Assembly: GCA_052426225.1 (NCBI GenBank) | Contig: JBNJNM010000021.1 | Location: forward strand, 3,162,001-3,226,000 | Direction of reading: 5' to 3' | Length of the DNA stretch: 64,000 bases | Source of the DNA: Zancudomyces culisetae HAW-14-8 | Taxonomy: Eukaryota; Fungi; Kickxellomycota | Shown: one piece after another, positions 38,001-48,874 of the stretch | Layout of the letters: each line of letters begins with the position of its first letter | Numbering within the stretch: position 1 is the first letter of the stretch | Made by a program: the position numbers and the translations under genes | Notes under the pieces: generated by a model | What the model was told of the DNA's origin: nothing | What the model saw: only the letters and a program-made list of their open reading frames with translations | Database searches by the model: none

Positions 38001-40525
38001 TGTCATTTCGCGGATCTCTGGCATAAAGTACATCACCTGAAACAAACTGTTCATGTAGCTATTCTGGATGTTCGATTCTAATCCGCCAAACTGAGTTTTA
38101 TTGTACTCTCCAAAATCAAAGTCCTCAATTCCATACTTGCTGTACTCAATCTCTACCCGCTTGAAGTGTTGTGGTACCCGACAGTCATTAGCATCATACT
38201 TTGACATTATCCTTTCTGTAGCTGTAGTCTTTGATGATATACCCGACACCAACGCCGATCTTGCTCCTGATCCTGGCCTTGATCTGGACCCAGACCCAGA
38301 CCCGGATTGAGATTTGGATTTGGATCCCACTGTCGGTGATCCTGAAAGTCCCGATGATAACATCGATGTTGAATTTTGCAGGTGTGACGACTCTGCTGCT
38401 GTCGTTGGGGAGTGCAACGAGTCTTTTTTCCCTTTGTACTCACAGATTTTCCCTTCTCGTTCCCCCTGACTTGCATACATGTTACTTCTAACCTTTTGTG
38501 ATCTAAATTTGACGTTTATTCCCGGTTTTCCTTCATCCAGCTTTTCCCTTCGCCAATCCCTGCCCACTACCACTTGGTTGTGCTTCTTTCGTGTATAGTT
38601 TGGAATACTTCCTATCATTCCATGCATTTTTACCTGTCTGAACTCGCTATCAGTTACCTGACATACTGGTTTTCCCACATCGTATAACTGCCCTTCCTTT
38701 CCCAGTACATCTGATAGTAGCTTGATATTTCCAAGTGTCACATTACTGTCGCCGTTATTATTCAACCCCGAACCAATGTTAAATCCCGTACCTATACCCC
38801 CTCCCCCTCCCACATCCACATCCGCATCCACACCAATACCCATACCCATACCCATACCCATATCCGCTACTCCCCCACTAGAATATGCAAACGTATGAGG
38901 TAATGGCCCTATATCCAACAATCTGACACTCTCGTCGTCCACCATAAACGGTGCCGAGCCTCTTTTGTATCCGCTCGTTGCAATTGGTACAGATGAACCC
39001 AGCTCCATATCATGCAACAGCGAATTCTTAGACTTGCTCCATAAATGCATAATCCCCTGTGTGTCCCCTACTACAACTGCCTCGCCATTTGCCGTCATCC
39101 CTCCTGCTGTAAACATCGCATCCTCGTAACACTCTGCCTGGAACAGATTCACCCCTTGTATCTCGCTGCCTACAATCTCTAGTTTTTCAACATATCCATC
39201 TGGATATACTGCTACTACAGCCTCGGTCCTTTTGTTATCATTGCAAAACTGCGCGGGTGCTACCGTTTTGTATTCAGAAACTACCTTTTTCAAATTCCTC
39301 ACATCAAATAGCTTCACACTCCAGTCCCCTTTGCTACTACTATTCCTATGTTTTAATTTTGGTTTTAATTCCTGTTTTCATGTATCTATGTTCGATGCTA
39401 TATGATATTTTTGGTATATTGGGAAAAAAGAAGTGTTTTGTTTACATTATCGACCATCCTGATGTCAATAAATGGCTCCCGACTTCGCTTATGTATCCAA
39501 CACCACCACTGTAAGCTTCTACCCAGTTGGTAATCTTGTAACTCATTCTGGGATCTCTTAATACCAGCAATCCTGTAGCTGTCCCGAGTATATATTCCTT
39601 TTTAAAATCTTGTGCTGTCACCCCATTTTCTACTTCAAACTACATTTATCAAAAGTAATTTTCAGCCAAAACTAATCCCTTTGGTTCATTTCTTTTACCA
39701 TATATAATCTGAATTATCCTTAAAGACAATCGCTGTGTAAATTATTCTACTCAATAAGCTCAAATAAACATAAAGCAAGAGAATTAGTACCGTTTTCTGA
39801 ACTGTTCCTCTATCCATATTCACTACATATGCCTTTCTTTGATCGTTCGTGAGTATAATTTCATTCTCATTGTTTCTATTGAGTGTGAATGTCCCGAAAC
39901 TTTCATTGTTGTTGGCCCTATTTTAATAATTTACCGTAAATACTCACTCTTATTCTAATCTATGTGTTACTGGTTCATTTTTACTAGTTTTCAAGAAATA
40001 GTATTCTACTTAAGAAATAATGAATACTTACTTCACTGTTGTCTTTATCATTCCACCACAACTCCTTAATTGCAAAATGTTTTCGGCAAGTGTCCATATT
40101 CCCCGTTTATCCGCCTTTAAGCTCTTTATTGGGCACGTCGTCACCACAAATCCACTATACTGATCTAGAGGCTCAATATCATTGTTTATTACATATGAAG
40201 AAACTCGACCCTATTTACAAATTTATACATCAAGTTGTTTCTTTTTTTTCTTTTAGACTTTTATAATTAGCTTGTAAAAATGTAGGGTCTTGCGCCTGGC
40301 TAGGCTGCACACATTATACGTAATATACCCCAATAACAATTTCTAGACAAATACTATATAGTAGTGTGGCGTTACCCAATTGTCTCCAACCCAAACAAGT
40401 GGGTTTTCATAATCAAAGGTCGTGCTAAAAATCGCTTTATTTTCGTATTCGGTACCTGTGATATAGCTCTGGTTGACTTCGTACCATTCCGACTCGTAGT
40501 CGGTTTCTCTACTTTCATCATTCAT
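35043..40525 (-). CDS. PAN2: PAN2 poly(A) nuclease catalytic subunit (WD40 + pseudo-UCH + DEDD exonuclease), multi-exon
   Basis: IEYSKYGIEDFDF..YNKT, NCQATN, WYLFNDF, AMDAEFV, PFIDDYI, YLTEYSGI and GHGLESDF. Further spliced exons give LKFLAWYFL..HCSIEDS and ALKLYKKY, ending at the stop at 35043. Short 5' WD40 exons lie between 39.4 and 40.5 kb. Confidence 0.93.
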
Positions 40526-41139
40526 TACTTTTTTTTCCCTCCTTTCTCTGTGTGTATTTCTATAGTATAAAAATACTCTATGGCTTGAATTTCATTATTT
40601 CGTTAAAGTTTTAGTGCGAAAACACCTGTTCCTGTTTAACGTAAAATATTATTTTCGATAATTTCTAGGATTTTTATTTGCCAAAATTGAAACAAAAACT
40701 CGACGTGAAATTTTGGCTTTTTGTTATTGCTTTATTATCATTTTGGTGCTGTTTTATTTTGTTTAGCTGCCCGAACTATGTTGCTGGATTTTTTGCTTCG
40801 CTCAATTCCATTGCCTGGGCTGAAATTTTTTTGGGTAATGTTATTGGCCAACAAGTTGAGAGCATAAGAGTTTTGTTTGTGTTTAAACAGAGCGGGGTAT
40901 AATATTGACTTGTGTTTAAAGCTGGTAAACCTAGACCAAAACCAAACCAAAAACCAAAAACCATCACCAATGCCAGTGCCAACACCATTACCAGTACCAA
41001 TACCAAACACAACAAGATCGATATGGTAACTAGATTTATATATCAATAACTAATACAATGTTTATTTTTTGGTTTAAATGCTTGATTGAAAATAATTAAA
41101 CTTTTAAAAGAGGCAAATGTTTAAAAATTGAGCTTGAGT

Positions 41140-41590
41140 CTACAAAAAAGTTGAAAAATCCACACCGCAATTACCACCGGCATTCAAAGGATTTAAAAGT
41201 AGAGGTCGAAAGTCAAATGTATTTAAGGCTTCTGTATTTGGGACACTTTGGTTGCTATACGGTATGGTAGGTATGTGGCTTGTATACGGAGTGGAGGGGA
41301 TTATGGGCGGATTGTTTAATGAAATACGCGGGTACTGGTTTGGAAGAGTGTTAAATGTAGAATTGCCTGCGTAGTCTAGGCTTGTAGGTAAATTGGATAC
41401 TCCTATATTAAAAGGCAACTTTGGTGGTGGAAAGCTGCTAAGGAGTAGTTCCAAAGATTGGGTTTGAGAAGAATCAACAAAGCTCTGCGGAAGGATTGGC
41501 TCGCTCAACGACGCATTTGAACCAGAACATGCTGGAGATGAGGGTGGTGAACCCGAGACATGTGAGTATGGCTTGTGGGATGTACTTTGA
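41140..41590 (-). CDS. Pro/Ser-rich terminal exon of an unidentified gene or pseudogene
   Basis: An open frame of ~150 codons (VPKLKYIQ...VDFSTFL*) with coding-like composition. Upstream exons were not resolved. Confidence 0.35.
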
Positions 41591-43280
41591 ATATATTTCA
41601 GCTTAGGAACAATGATTTATGTAGCATTATACCTATGGATAAATTCGATATTTATCATGCCATCACCCACACCTCATAACTAAACAATGACCTATAAAGG
41701 TTTTTGAATATGCGATTTCTGCTGTTGGGACCATAAGTGACTCCACCACAATACCGAGCATTATTGAAATTAAATGCCTATTTTGACCTTGTTTATTTCA
41801 AATGCTACCAATATGCCTACTTTAAATGCGACTATATTACAAAAACCCAGCTTTATTTATATTGCAACAGTATTTCAGATCAATGTTGGTGTTTGGTTGA
41901 AGTAAATAAATATCATCAATTATTTTGAAAGTTGATGGCAAATTTTGACGGTTTTTATTCAAGTCATAGTGTATTGATTGGGAGTCGTATACTCCGACCG
42001 TCATGGTGAACAACTGGGAATTATATTTTTCCTAAACTACCAATAACCCGCACAGCTGACGAAATAAGATATTTTTTTTAAAAATTTTATTTTATTATTT
42101 CAAGCAAACGAGCTATTTTTATCATGGATAATATCATACCTTTGTTGCCACATCATTGTGAGCCATCCAATACCAGGGTATAATTTAATTGAAGATTCTT
42201 TATAACTGAGTAAGCATAAATCAAATTAAGCGGAGACTATTTTCCCGTATGCAACCCATTGAACTATTGACATTTACTGGTTTTTGAGCATTAATATATT
42301 TTGAATCACAGAATAACCCTATTTAGTATTAAATAAAAGAATGTGATCTTTCAGTGAGTGGTAAACTCTTCTCGGTTGTGACTGCTGTACCACCAACTAA
42401 CGAATTGTGAAAATGGTGTGATATCAGAAATAGAATAGGTTTTTTTTTGGTATGATGTTAATAGGCGTTAAATAACAAAATAATCTGCGCAGTCACAAAT
42501 TAGGAATTCATCAATCAACTACACAAAGACCATTAATGAACGAATTCATATATGATGGTTTCAGAATTAGGAGTTGTGTCACTAATTACATTCTTCAAAC
42601 TTGGATACCCCCTTGAAATTCCGTGTTCTTGGTGAAAAGAAAGAGATGGGCGTATTTTGGATGATATTTCTGATTTGTTTTGTGCTGTTCATTAGCTAAA
42701 TATGATTGCGCTATTTTACTAAGGCTTTAAAATAACACAGAATTTTTAACAAAAGTTATATTATAGCTACCACTACTGGATAGATTTTTAAAAGCTAACA
42801 TGTTAATTTATCTATTTAGGAAACAGTGCTTTACAACAGATCTAAATGCGACTTAGAGCGGCCTCATTCCAATAGTACCCAGCTCAATAAATTGTGAATG
42901 TGATGATGACTTACAACTCATTCAATAATCGAAACTGATATTTTCAACTTTAGTGTCAAGCCATATATATATTTGATCCGAATCAACCATGCATTTTTTT
43001 ACTCGGGGTTGTAAAAGTTATCAGAATCCCGACCAGAAATGATTTAATTGGAGAGTTCACTTTTTTTGTTGCAACAAATTTTTAATAGTACTTTTACTTT
43101 ATTTTGTGGTATATACATATATATATTCAACTTTCAGGACACTTTTAATTATGTTTTTTTTAACAGTGAGTAATATCTACTTTATAGGTTGCTTGCATAT
43201 CTGCACCTTTTAATCAGCTTTAACAGTTAGTCAAATAAACATTATAGTAAATATAAGCGATAATTCTAGTAGATATATAC

Positions 43281-43475
43281 ATGGACGAAGAGAAGCCCAA
43301 AATACGCCATATATTCCCAGTAAGAGTGCCAGCAAATAGTGTGATTAGAAGGTATAACGGATTCGACCTTATTGATTGTGAAACACCAGCAATAATACCA
43401 CATTATGACGATGATGAATGTCTAGATATAATAGCGCTTGACTTTTCTGACTCTGAAGATGAATGTTCAACCTAG
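43281..43475 (+). CDS. Small acidic hypothetical protein (64 aa)
   Basis: ATG-initiated, coding-like composition with a D/E-rich C-terminus, set in AT-rich flanks. Confidence 0.4.
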   Translation: MDEEKPKIRHIFPVRVPANSVIRRYNGFDLIDCETPAIIPHYDDDECLDIIALDFSDSEDECST

Positions 43476-44803
43476 AATGTGTGTGCGTTCAAGAGTTACC
43501 AATTTTTGAGTACAATCGGTTTGCGTTTTAGTGAAAAGATATAGGATACAATTAAAACTTCAGATAAAAGGTGGGCTTACTACAGTTTAAGAATGGGGTT
43601 TTTTTTGTTTTTTTACAAAGCTGCATGAATAAGGCGCATATGTACTATTTTATTAGTTAAATCGAGTATGTTTGATCAAATCGTTATAGTTGTTAGCTTC
43701 TTGCATATCAAGAATTACAGTACTTTGATAATTTTTTTTGTTTTTCGTTAAACAAATCTTTTTTCTCAACAATGTTTCAATCAGAAAATAACGGTGCACA
43801 ATAAAATATCCTAACATTTATCTTTTTTGGCGATCAAGTGTAATATGTTTTTATTTTACCATCAAGCAGCATGAAGGCTTAATTCCTTAATTTTTTTACT
43901 TCACGTTAGGCACATTAAACATCTTTTATCTCATAATGTACTTTAATAATGCCAATAATTGCTTTAGTATCTGTATCGTCCAAGATAATAGATACACATG
44001 CTGATAAAATTTAGCCTTCATTGAATCTGCAGGCGTAGCAGGTAATCTAAAAATCTTTATTGACTTGTATACTATGTGGTTTAGAGTCAATAATCAACTT
44101 TAATTTTCCAATAGCTCGTCTGTTACTGGCTTAATTTACGATCATTACACTTTTGCTTTTTAAATAGCAAGTTTTTAGGCACCGAGTAAATTTTTGTATG
44201 AGATACACTAAGTCTAGAGGGGAAAACATCATCCTTATTTACTTGCCTTCTCGCTCCCGTGCATACAGTTCACATTTAAACCAGTTGATTCACATCTTGT
44301 TTTTAACATGAATTGTGGTTACCAACTATAAGCACCAAAGAGACAATAATGAGGCACGGAGCGCCTCTGGCTACAATTGGATCACAAGAAAATAAAAGTT
44401 AAAATTGATTCCTCCAATTAATGGGCTAAATATTTCCCAATACCCTTTTGTTGAAAGCAAGTGCCCCACGATTTATGCATAGGGCAGCACGTCGACCAAA
44501 CAGAACCGTAAAATAAAAATAGTGATATTTAAATAGTTGGGAAAAGACATAGTGCTGTAATTATCTGACAGCCTCATCTCACAGTATACTTATGCGTATT
44601 TGAATTATTGTGGATAATAACAATGTATTTTGTAGTTATTTTTAAATACTGTTTTCAAACTCCGAGTTTATACAAACATAGCAAAATACTAATAGGAGAT
44701 TTAATACCCAACTTTCAAAATAGTATTTCGGTGCTATGAGAAATTTTACTAATCCATATCAAAAGAAAAAGCAAAAAGAAACAAACAGAGGAACTTTTAG
44801 AAA

Positions 44804-45757
44804 ATGTTAGTTGTACCAAGGGTTTTGTTGTTGAAAATAATGTTGTTAGTGCTAGTTGCAATATCTTTGGTGTTTCACTCACATGCTATGGAGGCCAGTT
44901 CAAACAATTCTCGCAATGTAGAAAAGTTTAAAGATGTGAACCATGAACGTGTTGTGCAGAGAAACTTGAGAAATACGACGAGGATTTTTAAGGCTAAAAA
45001 AAGAGCAACGTCGCAAACAGAAAACAGGAAAAAACAAACCAATATTTCTCTAAAGCATATAGTAAGAGGAACCCCCGAATTTATCCCAAACCCAAACTAC
45101 AATACCCGAGTCAAATACCCACTTATGCCCAAGACAATTAAAAATCCAAAATATAGGGGAAATTCAAAGTTTATACCAAATCCACTATTTTTTGATAACG
45201 TCAGGATAAAAAGCATGCGCCCAGCAAACAAAACAACCACACAAACAGAAAGTAGTAGTAGTAGTATCAGTAGTAGTAGTAGTATCAGTAGTAGTACCAG
45301 TACCAGTAGTAGTTCAACGAGTTCCCCATATACATCAATCATATCCAGCTCGAATCAAACTAGCACTCATACCAACACTATATTCGAAATTAACGATGTT
45401 TCTACACTCTATGGCGTCAAGCAAAGTTCGATCGCTAGTTCTACAATAATGCTGTCTGTATCAACCGCTTCTTCTTCATTCTCAAGATTATCATCTGGGT
45501 TCTCTACCTCATCAACTACAAAAATACCAACAAAAATCATATCAAATATAACAAATACTCAAAATACAACTAATACAACTAATAAGACTAAGTCAAATAC
45601 TTCCAGTAAGCCTAGTAAGGCAAATACTATAAATAAGACGAATATCACAAATAAAACAAATACAGACACTAACAGTAAAAATACTTCACTTAAGTCTTCA
45701 ACTAATTATTCGGGCATCAAAACTGAAAGCACAACTTTCATAAAAACTAGCAGCTAA
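44804..45757 (+). CDS. Putative secreted Ser/Thr/Asn-rich (mucin-like) protein
   Basis: Hydrophobic N-terminal signal-like peptide ending SHA, three IxNPxY/F repeats, and a long S/T/N tail with many N-x-S/T sequons. Confidence 0.7.
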   Translation: MLVVPRVLLLKIMLLVLVAISLVFHSHAMEASSNNSRNVEKFKDVNHERVVQRNLRNTTRIFKAKKRATSQTENRKKQTNISLKHIVRGTPEFIPNPNYNTRVKYPLMPKTIKNPKYRGNSKFIPNPLFFDNVRIKSMRPANKTTTQTESSSSSISSSSSISSSTSTSSSSTSSPYTSIISSSNQTSTHTNTIFEINDVSTLYGVKQSSIASSTIMLSVSTASSSFSRLSSGFSTSSTTKIPTKIISNITNTQNTTNTTNKTKSNTSSKPSKANTINKTNITNKTNTDTNSKNTSLKSSTNYSGIKTESTTFIKTSS

Positions 45758-46570
45758 TCAGATTTGTGTGAAAAAGTAATCAGCCATACACTCTAATACC
45801 ATACATTCGATAAAACCTTGATAGCACTTGCTATAGCCCTAAGAACAAACCTCAAAAATGACAGTATGTACTCTTCAACACCCCATGCCTTCTTCATAAA
45901 CAAAAAATCAATTGCGTGTCATTTGTGTTTGTACCCATTTTACACATCTCTTATAGCAGCTAACTTAAATACAAAACAGAAATTAACTAGTCTCTTGTTA
46001 TCTCATATCTTTTGTGTGGGAAACGTACTCTCTTAAAACGTTAATTTCTAGCAAATTTCTAGAAAGCTGGTACTAGCTGGAATGGCAATTTTGAATATTA
46101 GACTATAATTTGACATTATTGTTTCTTTAGTATTAAGGTGAAACCAGCAAATTTGATTCTAGGAATCTGTGGAGAAAAAACGAGAACAAGGGCGACAAAA
46201 GGTTTTTGTTTACACCAAAACTCCTGTTCGTTGACCGCCAGCCTTATCGAGTCTTGTACATGGTTTCTGTTTCAATAACTATAGTGTAAATAAATATTAA
46301 TCTAGCCTGTCCTCTCCCACCCGCTTTTTTCACAAAATAAAGAAAATGTTGAAAACAAAGTAGATATCAAAAAATAGCACCAATTCGCTCACATAAATCA
46401 ACGAAAACTATCCGAGCTGAGTTAAAATTTGATAGATAATTTATACACCATTCATTGGTATATATATATTCGAGGTGTGTATTTAACTCTTTGGTAACTC
46501 TTTTAGAATTTAAATGAAAATTCACGGCTTCTCTGGGTAACCTGCAAGGAAGCGGTAAATAGTGTAAATA

Positions 46571-47449
46571 ATGAAACAGAGGAAAGTTTTTCCAGCCCTT
46601 TATAATGGCCTGGGAATTAGAACTGTGGGACTGAATGCGAAAGGAGGTAGTCTTGGAGCCTCTACACTTCTAAAGGGGGAGTTTAGGCTTAATAACTACA
46701 GTACGAACCAGGAGGATAAAATTAAGCGTAAATCTTTTAGTAATTTAGACAGGAAATCCGCAAACCCAAATCTGAATATAGAAGCAACTAAATTAAAAAA
46801 CACTCAGGGGTGTGTACAAATGGGTTCACTGGAATACAAAGGCCCAGGTAAGACAAATGAATTCGATTTAAATCTGGGTCATGCCATCGATATATTACGA
46901 AGTGAGATTGAGAATTTTTTACAAGCGGGCCTAGTGGAAACAGATATATACGCCAAGAACATATCACTAGTTGAGCCAAATCACACTAAATTTTCGGTAA
47001 CCGGAATCACTAATTATACCAGATTTGCCAAGCTCGTTAAATTCATGATGAATCTTTTCTTCAGAGACTCAAAAGTGACAATCAAAAAGGTGGTACAGAT
47101 GGATTTTCGCTCCAAAAACATTCTCGAGATATACAATAGTGAGATAAATCTACCCAACAAAAAAGTGGGTCCTAACCTTTCCGAACTGGAGCCAGGCTCG
47201 ATTGACATTTGTATCCATTGGTATTTTACAGGAGTAAACAAGCCCTTCTCGCTAATAAGCTTTAGCAACGAACCTTCAATATATCATGGGATATTTGTAT
47301 ATAAATTCGATAAAACTGGGCGGGTGTACGAACATGTTGTAACAGATATTCTACCTCACCCAAGTTCCAAAGTGATCACAGCTATCTGGAGGCAGTGGGA
47401 GGCCCATTTGAATCGGAAAAGGACAGCTTTTGATTTAAATATAAAATAA
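46571..47449 (+). CDS. DUF2358 / C6orf136-like (NTF2/SnoaL-fold) protein, probably mitochondrial
   Basis: Basic presequence-like N-terminus. The patterns LGHAIDILR..E..IYAKNI.LVEP..GITNY and YHGIFVYKFD..GRVYEH are recognised from this family. Confidence 0.65.
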   Translation: MKQRKVFPALYNGLGIRTVGLNAKGGSLGASTLLKGEFRLNNYSTNQEDKIKRKSFSNLDRKSANPNLNIEATKLKNTQGCVQMGSLEYKGPGKTNEFDLNLGHAIDILRSEIENFLQAGLVETDIYAKNISLVEPNHTKFSVTGITNYTRFAKLVKFMMNLFFRDSKVTIKKVVQMDFRSKNILEIYNSEINLPNKKVGPNLSELEPGSIDICIHWYFTGVNKPFSLISFSNEPSIYHGIFVYKFDKTGRVYEHVVTDILPHPSSKVITAIWRQWEAHLNRKRTAFDLNIK

Positions 47450-48874
47450 TTTGACAATCATACCCAGCCTAGTCCAGTCTATCCAGAAATGAATTCACCT
47501 ACCTTACCTGGTTGTACAACGACCTTATTTTTCATATTTTTAGATGCAATAGCTTCTGTTTATCTTTTTTTTTGTAGTGTTGCAAGCGGATTTGGCTATG
47601 GTATTGTAACAAGAGAAATATAAATAATCCTAATAATACCATGGCTGGTCTTTTTTTGCCTGTGCTTGGCGCAAGTTTATTAAAATTATTAACACCCACA
47701 AAAATGGAAAATGAACTCGAAAATAACACGATTTGCTTATTAATCCACTCGATACCAGGTTCTAGAGGAGTATAGCTAGTGTTGATATTTCCACACATCG
47801 AGTTTTTGCCACATTTATACTTGTGAGCTTCAATGTATCGATAGGACCTTTTTTCCCTTATTTCTTCTATAAAAAAATAAATGCCCTTATTAGTTCCAAG
47901 AGTTTTGAAGTAAATATATAGAGGAGTTGGGGTAATTGGCGATCCCTGGACTATAACATTACAAGAGACCATGGCTTTGTCAATTTCCCTTGGGCTTTTA
48001 CTGAAAAATAGCACAGTAAAAGGTCACACCATTTTCAAAGCATCTGAGTATACAAATCGGCTAATGCCAAGCAAAATATACACATCGTTGTTTACGAGCT
48101 GTTTGAATGAGCATTGGGTTTTGAGAGTCGTACATGGTAGACTATCGATACAAAGCTAACGCTAGTTCATTTATACGCTTGGTGCCTTAAAATAAAAATA
48201 GAGAGAAAGTGTATAAGAGCGGTATAACCCGGAGTTGTGGGTAGAATGAAACCCCACTGGTGTAGTAAAACATCTACAGCACCAATGTTGTCTGCTCATG
48301 GAAAAGGTAAATGTCGTGTATTTGAACTAAAATTAGCCTCGATTCAAAAAGAATCCCGAAGAACTGTACAGATCTATTGTGGCGTGTTTAGCCTATCTGT
48401 TCATTTTTTTTTTTACTTTCGCCTGCATTTTGCTCAATTGTCTTTCGCCATTCACCCCCCAAGATAAAAACAATGAAAAATTTTTTTTTCCTCAACTCGA
48501 TTGCATTCAGGGATGATGGATTTTATCGGCTTAAAACTCGTGTAATTGGAGAGAAAAGGATGGGGTGTATTTAATACCGCTTGCGGGGTGGAAAGCGTGG
48601 TGAAAAATCAGCGGAATGCCCAGTTTTTTCATAAAATCCTGACTAGGCCTACACCAGGTTTGATAGGAGCCTAATATATTCACAAAGTTTTGACGAATAG
48701 TAACGAAATAAATACCTTTCTCAACTTTAAGGACTTTTGACAACCAAAAAACTTTTAGCCTGAAAAGTAGGGTAAACAAAAGTTACCATAGTTTGATAGT
48801 AGCCTTGGGATTTGTTTTTCTATAGGCTTCAATGAATTCCATCTTGAACAAGAATACAGCGTATTAGCACGAAA

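Noticed and set aside
43820-43850. TTTTGGCGATCAAGTGTAATATG resembles the 5' part of U2 snRNA
   Set aside because: The branch-site recognition GUAGUA is altered, stem I is missing, and no downstream U2 structure is visible. Probably chance.
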